Origin: a virus | Taxonomy: Duplodnaviria > Caudoviricetes | Direction: 5' to 3' (one strand) | Length of the DNA: 42,942 nt | IMG/VR virus record: IMGVR_UViG_3300030095_006577 | Location: 1 to 42,942 of that record | Part shown: positions 39,221 through 42,942 of the stretch, one piece after another | How the letters are laid out: the number at the start of each line of letters is the position of its first letter | How positions within the stretch are numbered: the first letter of the stretch is position 1 | Made by a program: the position numbers and the translations under genes | The notes under the pieces: generated by a model | Databases searched by the model: none | Told to the model about the DNA's origin: nothing | What the model saw: only the letters and a program-made list of their open reading frames with translations

Positions 39221-40128
39221 AAGCAGTTCTCGGAAGGTTTCGAAGGACCGGTTCCGAATATCTTTTTGCCTGCCCATTTTGTAAACATCACAAGCCAAAA
39301 TTCTCTGTTAATCTTAATCGAGGAGCAAAGTGTTGGGTATGTGACTGGAAAAGCCCTGATGTTCGCCGTGTAATACGACGTGTGGGCTCTTTCGATCAAC
39401 TGCAGGAGTGGGATGCGATTACTGGCCGCGTCTCTCTGAGCGCGTTTGACGAGCTTTTTGGAGACTATGAAGATGTGGTGGTCGAAGAGACCATAAAATT
39501 GCCAGACTCTTTCATATCCTTGGCCAATAGAAATATTTCCTTGTCCTCTTTGGCTGCTAGACAATACTTAAAAAGTAGAGGCCTAACAGAAAAGGACCTT
39601 GTAAATTGGAAGATTGGATTTTGTACTAGCGGTGAGTATGCAAACCGTGTTATAATCCCGTCGTTCAACATGAATGGAGAGGTAAACTATTTCATTGCTC
39701 GTGCGTATAACGATGATTGGATGCGATATAAGAATCCACCAGTCAGTAGAGACATTGTTTTTAATGAGTTGTTTCTTGATTGGGACAGCGACCTAACAAT
39801 AGTTGAAGGAGCCTTTGATGCCATTGTTGCTGGGCCCAATGCCGTTCCTATTCTGGGGTCAACCTTGAATGAGCGGTCTAAATTGTTCCAAGCGATTGTC
39901 AAACATGACACACCAATATACATTGCTCTTGACCCTGACGCAGAAAAGAAGTCAAACAAACTTATTTCAGCACTGATGAAGTACGATGTTGAGCTTTATA
40001 AGGTTGACATCTCTGGATATGATGATGTAGGGTCAATGACCAAGCGAGAGTATCAAAAGAGAAAAGAACAGGCACTCTTCATGTCTTCGGACAATTATCT
40101 TTACTATCGCGCTCTAAGCGCGGTTTAG
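39193..40128 (+). CDS. dnaG: DNA primase (DnaG / T4 gp61-like; Zn finger + TOPRIM)
   Basis: CPFC...KCWVC zinc finger, RQYLKSRGL, RVIIP, YFIAR, RYKNP, TOPRIM IVEGAFDA and ALDPDA. Confidence 0.92.
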   Translation: MEEQKLSILKAVLGRFRRTGSEYLFACPFCKHHKPKFSVNLNRGAKCWVCDWKSPDVRRVIRRVGSFDQLQEWDAITGRVSLSAFDELFGDYEDVVVEETIKLPDSFISLANRNISLSSLAARQYLKSRGLTEKDLVNWKIGFCTSGEYANRVIIPSFNMNGEVNYFIARAYNDDWMRYKNPPVSRDIVFNELFLDWDSDLTIVEGAFDAIVAGPNAVPILGSTLNERSKLFQAIVKHDTPIYIALDPDAEKKSNKLISALMKYDVELYKVDISGYDDVGSMTKREYQKRKEQALFMSSDNYLYYRALSAV

Positions 40129-40135
40129 GAGCCTT

Positions 40136-42942
40136 ATGACATTCAAAATCGCACACTGTGCGGACGTGCATATTAAAAATCTCAAGTATCACTATGAGTA
40201 TAGGCATGTTTTTGCACAAATGTATGATATTTTACGTGATGAGAACGTAGATTGTATCTATATTGGGGGCGATATTGCCCACACAAAGACCCAAATTTCA
40301 CCTGAATTTGTTGAAATTTGCTCGGACTTTTTTACAAATCTGGCCAATATTGCCCCAACTTACGTAATTCTTGGCAATCACGACGGCAATTTGCGCAACT
40401 CAACCAGGCAAGATGCAATTACTCCCATTGTAAAGGCACTTAAAAACCCAAATCTACATCTTCTTCGTGGATCTGGAGAACACCAGGTAAGCGACGACAT
40501 CACTTTTAATGTCTTGTCCATCTTCGACGAGGACGGCTGGGTTAAACCTAGCGACCCCAACAAGATTAACATTGCTCTTTACCATGGTGCGATTGCTGGT
40601 GTCGAAACAGATACCGGCTTTGTCTTAACTCATGGAGATCATGATTGCTCAATCTTTGAGGATCACGACTTTGCTATGCTTGGAGACATACATAAAACAA
40701 ATCAAATCGTAGATACTGAGGGACGTGTAAGATACTGCGGTTCAATCGTACAACAAAATCATGGCGAGACTAATGATAAAGGATTCTTGACTTGGGAAAT
40801 TGATAGTAAAGATGATTTTACTGTCAAGCACCATAAACTTATTAATCCCAAGCCCTTTGTGACGCTCATCCTAACTCCAAAGGGCAGGCTTCCAAATAAA
40901 GCCAAAGTTCCGCCCAATGCTCGCTTGAGGCTTATTGGCAATAATAATATTCCTATCGACAAGCTTCGCAAAGCCATCGATAGTGCAAAGCACAAGTATT
41001 CTCCTGAAAGTGTGACTTTCCTTAATAAGTCTCTTGACTCACGAGGTAATGTTGAAAAACTTACGAGTGGTCTCAATAAAGAAAACTTAAGAGACATGGC
41101 AGTTCAGGAGAAGCTAATCACAGAGTATCTAAAAGATTTTGAGATTAACCAAAAAACTCTTGATCAAATATTTGCCTTAAACCGCAAATACAATTCTATG
41201 ATTAATACTGAAAATGATGTTTCGCGCAATGTTAATTGGAAGCTAAACTCTTTGGAGTGGGACAACCTTTTTAATTATGGTGAAGGTAACAAGATTGACT
41301 TTGATAAGCTAAATGGCATCGTAGGCATTTTTGGAAAGAACTACTCTGGTAAGAGCAGTATTATTGATAGCCTTCTCTATGGCATGTTCAATTCTACCTC
41401 AAAGAACGAACGAAAAAATCTAAATGTTATTAATCAAAATAGAGATGATGGCAATGCTGTGCTCGTGGCCACCATTGGTGATGACAAGTACAAGATAACT
41501 AGAGACTCGGAGAAGTACACCAAAAAAGTCAAGGGTAACGAGGTTACCGAGGCCAAAACCAATGTAAACTTTGCCAAGATTGATGGCGATGATGAACAGA
41601 GTCTAAATGGCATGACACGAGCAGAAACGGATCATAATATCAAAAAGACTTTTGGAACAATGGAAGATTTTCTCTTAACATCGATGGCTGCTCAATTTGG
41701 GGCCCTGTCTTTTATTGGCGAAGGATCAACAAAAAGAAAAGAGATTCTTGCCAAGTTTTTGGACCTAGTTGTGTTCGAAGACAAGTTTAAACTTGCCAAG
41801 AAAGATTCGTCAGAACTTAAGGCTGCCTTGAAGCGTTTAGAGGGCAACGATTATACAGAGAGGATCACGGAAGTATCATCTAAATTTCAAGAGAACAAAG
41901 ACCTTTTAGATTCTTGCTCTGAAGAGTCAGAGAGTCTTAAAAGACAATTGGCATCTAAAAATGCTGAGCTATCTGAGTTAAAGTCGCGCATCGCTGCAGC
42001 ACCAGATTCAGCATCCAAGTTAGTCATGGCACGAGAACGTCTTGGATACTGTGATAAAGAAATAGATTCTCTAAAGAAGAAAGAGCAGCAACTGTCGGAA
42101 AAGGTCACTACTAAAAATGATGCTCGAACAAAGATTGCAGAATTTTTAAGCAGCCTTAATATTATGGATTTGAAGGAGCAGCAAGAGTTTCTTGAGGTCA
42201 AGACTGACGAACTCCAAGGGCTCTTATCCCAAATTAAGAAAAGCGAAGGCTTAATTAAAAATGATGAAAAGAAGCTAAAGCTTCTTTCTGAAGTTCCATG
42301 CGGAAATGAGTTTCCTAAGTGTAAATTTATCAAGGACGCCCATAAAGCAAAGGGCACGCTTGAAGATAATAAAGGCAGCCTTGCAGATCTAAATAAAAAA
42401 CATGATTCAGTTTCTGCTGAAATAGGTGTCTCTGACATTGAAAATGTTCGTGGTCTTATACGAAAGCACGAACAACTTTCTCTAAAAAACACACAGCTAA
42501 AAAAAGACCTAGAGTACATCTCATTAGAGATGCAGACAGTTATTTCCCGCAGAAACGAATTGCTTGTAAATCGAGAGGGCCTGTTTAAGGAAGTAGAATC
42601 TTTCGAGAAAGACAAAGAGGGTTTAAAAAAGGCCAAAGATTATAATGCGGAAAGATCATCTCTAGATTCTGATATCAAAAGATTGAACAAGAAGCTAGAA
42701 AGTTGTGAAGTTCGTTTGAGAGAGTTTTATCTCCAGCATGGATCATATGAGCAGAAGCTAATTAATCTTCGTGAGCAAAAGCAAGAGCTAGAAGATTTAA
42801 GAACGGAATATTCTGCGTATGATCTTTATATGAAGTGTATGCATAGTAATGGAATTGCCTATGATATTATTAAGAAGAAGCTTCCTGCTATTAACGAGGA
42901 GATTTCAAAAGTTCTAACAAATGTGGTAGACTTTGAAGTGTA
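40136..42942 (+). CDS. Fused Mre11/SbcD nuclease - Rad50/SbcC ATPase (gp47-gp46-like), 3'-truncated; not in the ORF track
   Basis: Manual translation from ATG 40136 (AGGAG SD) is stop-free to the window end (~935 codons). HCADVH, GGDIAH, LGNHD, LYHG, LGDIHK phosphoesterase motifs, then Walker A GKNYSGKS (41333-41356), Q-loop SMAAQF and a long coiled coil. Confidence 0.93.
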   Translation, partial: MTFKIAHCADVHIKNLKYHYEYRHVFAQMYDILRDENVDCIYIGGDIAHTKTQISPEFVEICSDFFTNLANIAPTYVILGNHDGNLRNSTRQDAITPIVKALKNPNLHLLRGSGEHQVSDDITFNVLSIFDEDGWVKPSDPNKINIALYHGAIAGVETDTGFVLTHGDHDCSIFEDHDFAMLGDIHKTNQIVDTEGRVRYCGSIVQQNHGETNDKGFLTWEIDSKDDFTVKHHKLINPKPFVTLILTPKGRLPNKAKVPPNARLRLIGNNNIPIDKLRKAIDSAKHKYSPESVTFLNKSLDSRGNVEKLTSGLNKENLRDMAVQEKLITEYLKDFEINQKTLDQIFALNRKYNSMINTENDVSRNVNWKLNSLEWDNLFNYGEGNKIDFDKLNGIVGIFGKNYSGKSSIIDSLLYGMFNSTSKNERKNLNVINQNRDDGNAVLVATIGDDKYKITRDSEKYTKKVKGNEVTEAKTNVNFAKIDGDDEQSLNGMTRAETDHNIKKTFGTMEDFLLTSMAAQFGALSFIGEGSTKRKEILAKFLDLVVFEDKFKLAKKDSSELKAALKRLEGNDYTERITEVSSKFQENKDLLDSCSEESESLKRQLASKNAELSELKSRIAAAPDSASKLVMARERLGYCDKEIDSLKKKEQQLSEKVTTKNDARTKIAEFLSSLNIMDLKEQQEFLEVKTDELQGLLSQIKKSEGLIKNDEKKLKLLSEVPCGNEFPKCKFIKDAHKAKGTLEDNKGSLADLNKKHDSVSAEIGVSDIENVRGLIRKHEQLSLKNTQLKKDLEYISLEMQTVISRRNELLVNREGLFKEVESFEKDKEGLKKAKDYNAERSSLDSDIKRLNKKLESCEVRLREFYLQHGSYEQKLINLREQKQELEDLRTEYSAYDLYMKCMHSNGIAYDIIKKKLPAINEEISKVLTNVVDFEV

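Larger units (their letters stand above)
1..42942 (+). other. Segment of a large tailed phage genome with a contractile-tail baseplate module, own sigma factor and replication/recombination genes
   Basis: gp25-like, gp6-like and gp5-like genes, LamG structural proteins, gp55-like sigma, primase, RuvC and Mre11-Rad50 all on one strand with tight packing. No cellular housekeeping operons. Confidence 0.93.

Noticed and set aside
1609-39959. Numerous other short minus-strand and nested ORFs in the track
   Set aside because: All lie within long + strand genes with recognisable motifs or coupling. No independent support.
2243-40128. TAG stop-codon reassignment, since several TAG stops are followed by in-frame genes (3241, 5618, 27228)
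   Set aside because: Only 3 of 8 TAG junctions read cleanly in frame, about chance level, and multi-kb ORFs contain no internal TAG. The standard code fits.
41887-42636. 249-aa minus-strand ORF, plus those at 40378 and 40759
   Set aside because: Antisense to the well-supported Mre11-Rad50 fusion. The Ser/Phe/Leu-rich content mirrors Lys/Glu codons.

Overview
A gene-dense, entirely + strand fragment of a large tailed dsDNA phage genome (contractile-tail/jumbo-phage type), read in the standard code with Shine-Dalgarno sites. In order: (1) a nucleotide-sugar cassette (SDR epimerase/dehydratase cut by the left edge, GT2 glycosyltransferase, short UDP-sugar dehydrogenase); (2) small hypothetical genes, an FmdB-type zinc ribbon and a T4 gp55-like sigma factor; (3) a ~34 kb tail/baseplate module containing a split gp5-like spike (OB fold + lambda-type lysozyme, then an HxH spike protein), a 2338-aa orphan, gp25-like and gp6-like wedge proteins, a 3234-aa multi-LamG protein, two pairs of paralogous tail-collar-like proteins and two large proteins with low-complexity tails; (4) a RuvC-like resolvase, a DNA primase and a single-ORF Mre11/SbcD-Rad50/SbcC fusion running off the right edge. 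That fusion and a 59-aa ORF at 2260 are missing from the supplied ORF track. A CTA(T/C/A)TTA motif sits in every intergenic gap of 20 nt or more (candidate late promoter), and a near-consensus sigma70 promoter lies inside ruvC ahead of the replication genes. I saw no tRNA, rRNA, CRISPR array or mobile element. All calls come from motifs recognised by eye; no database search was run.
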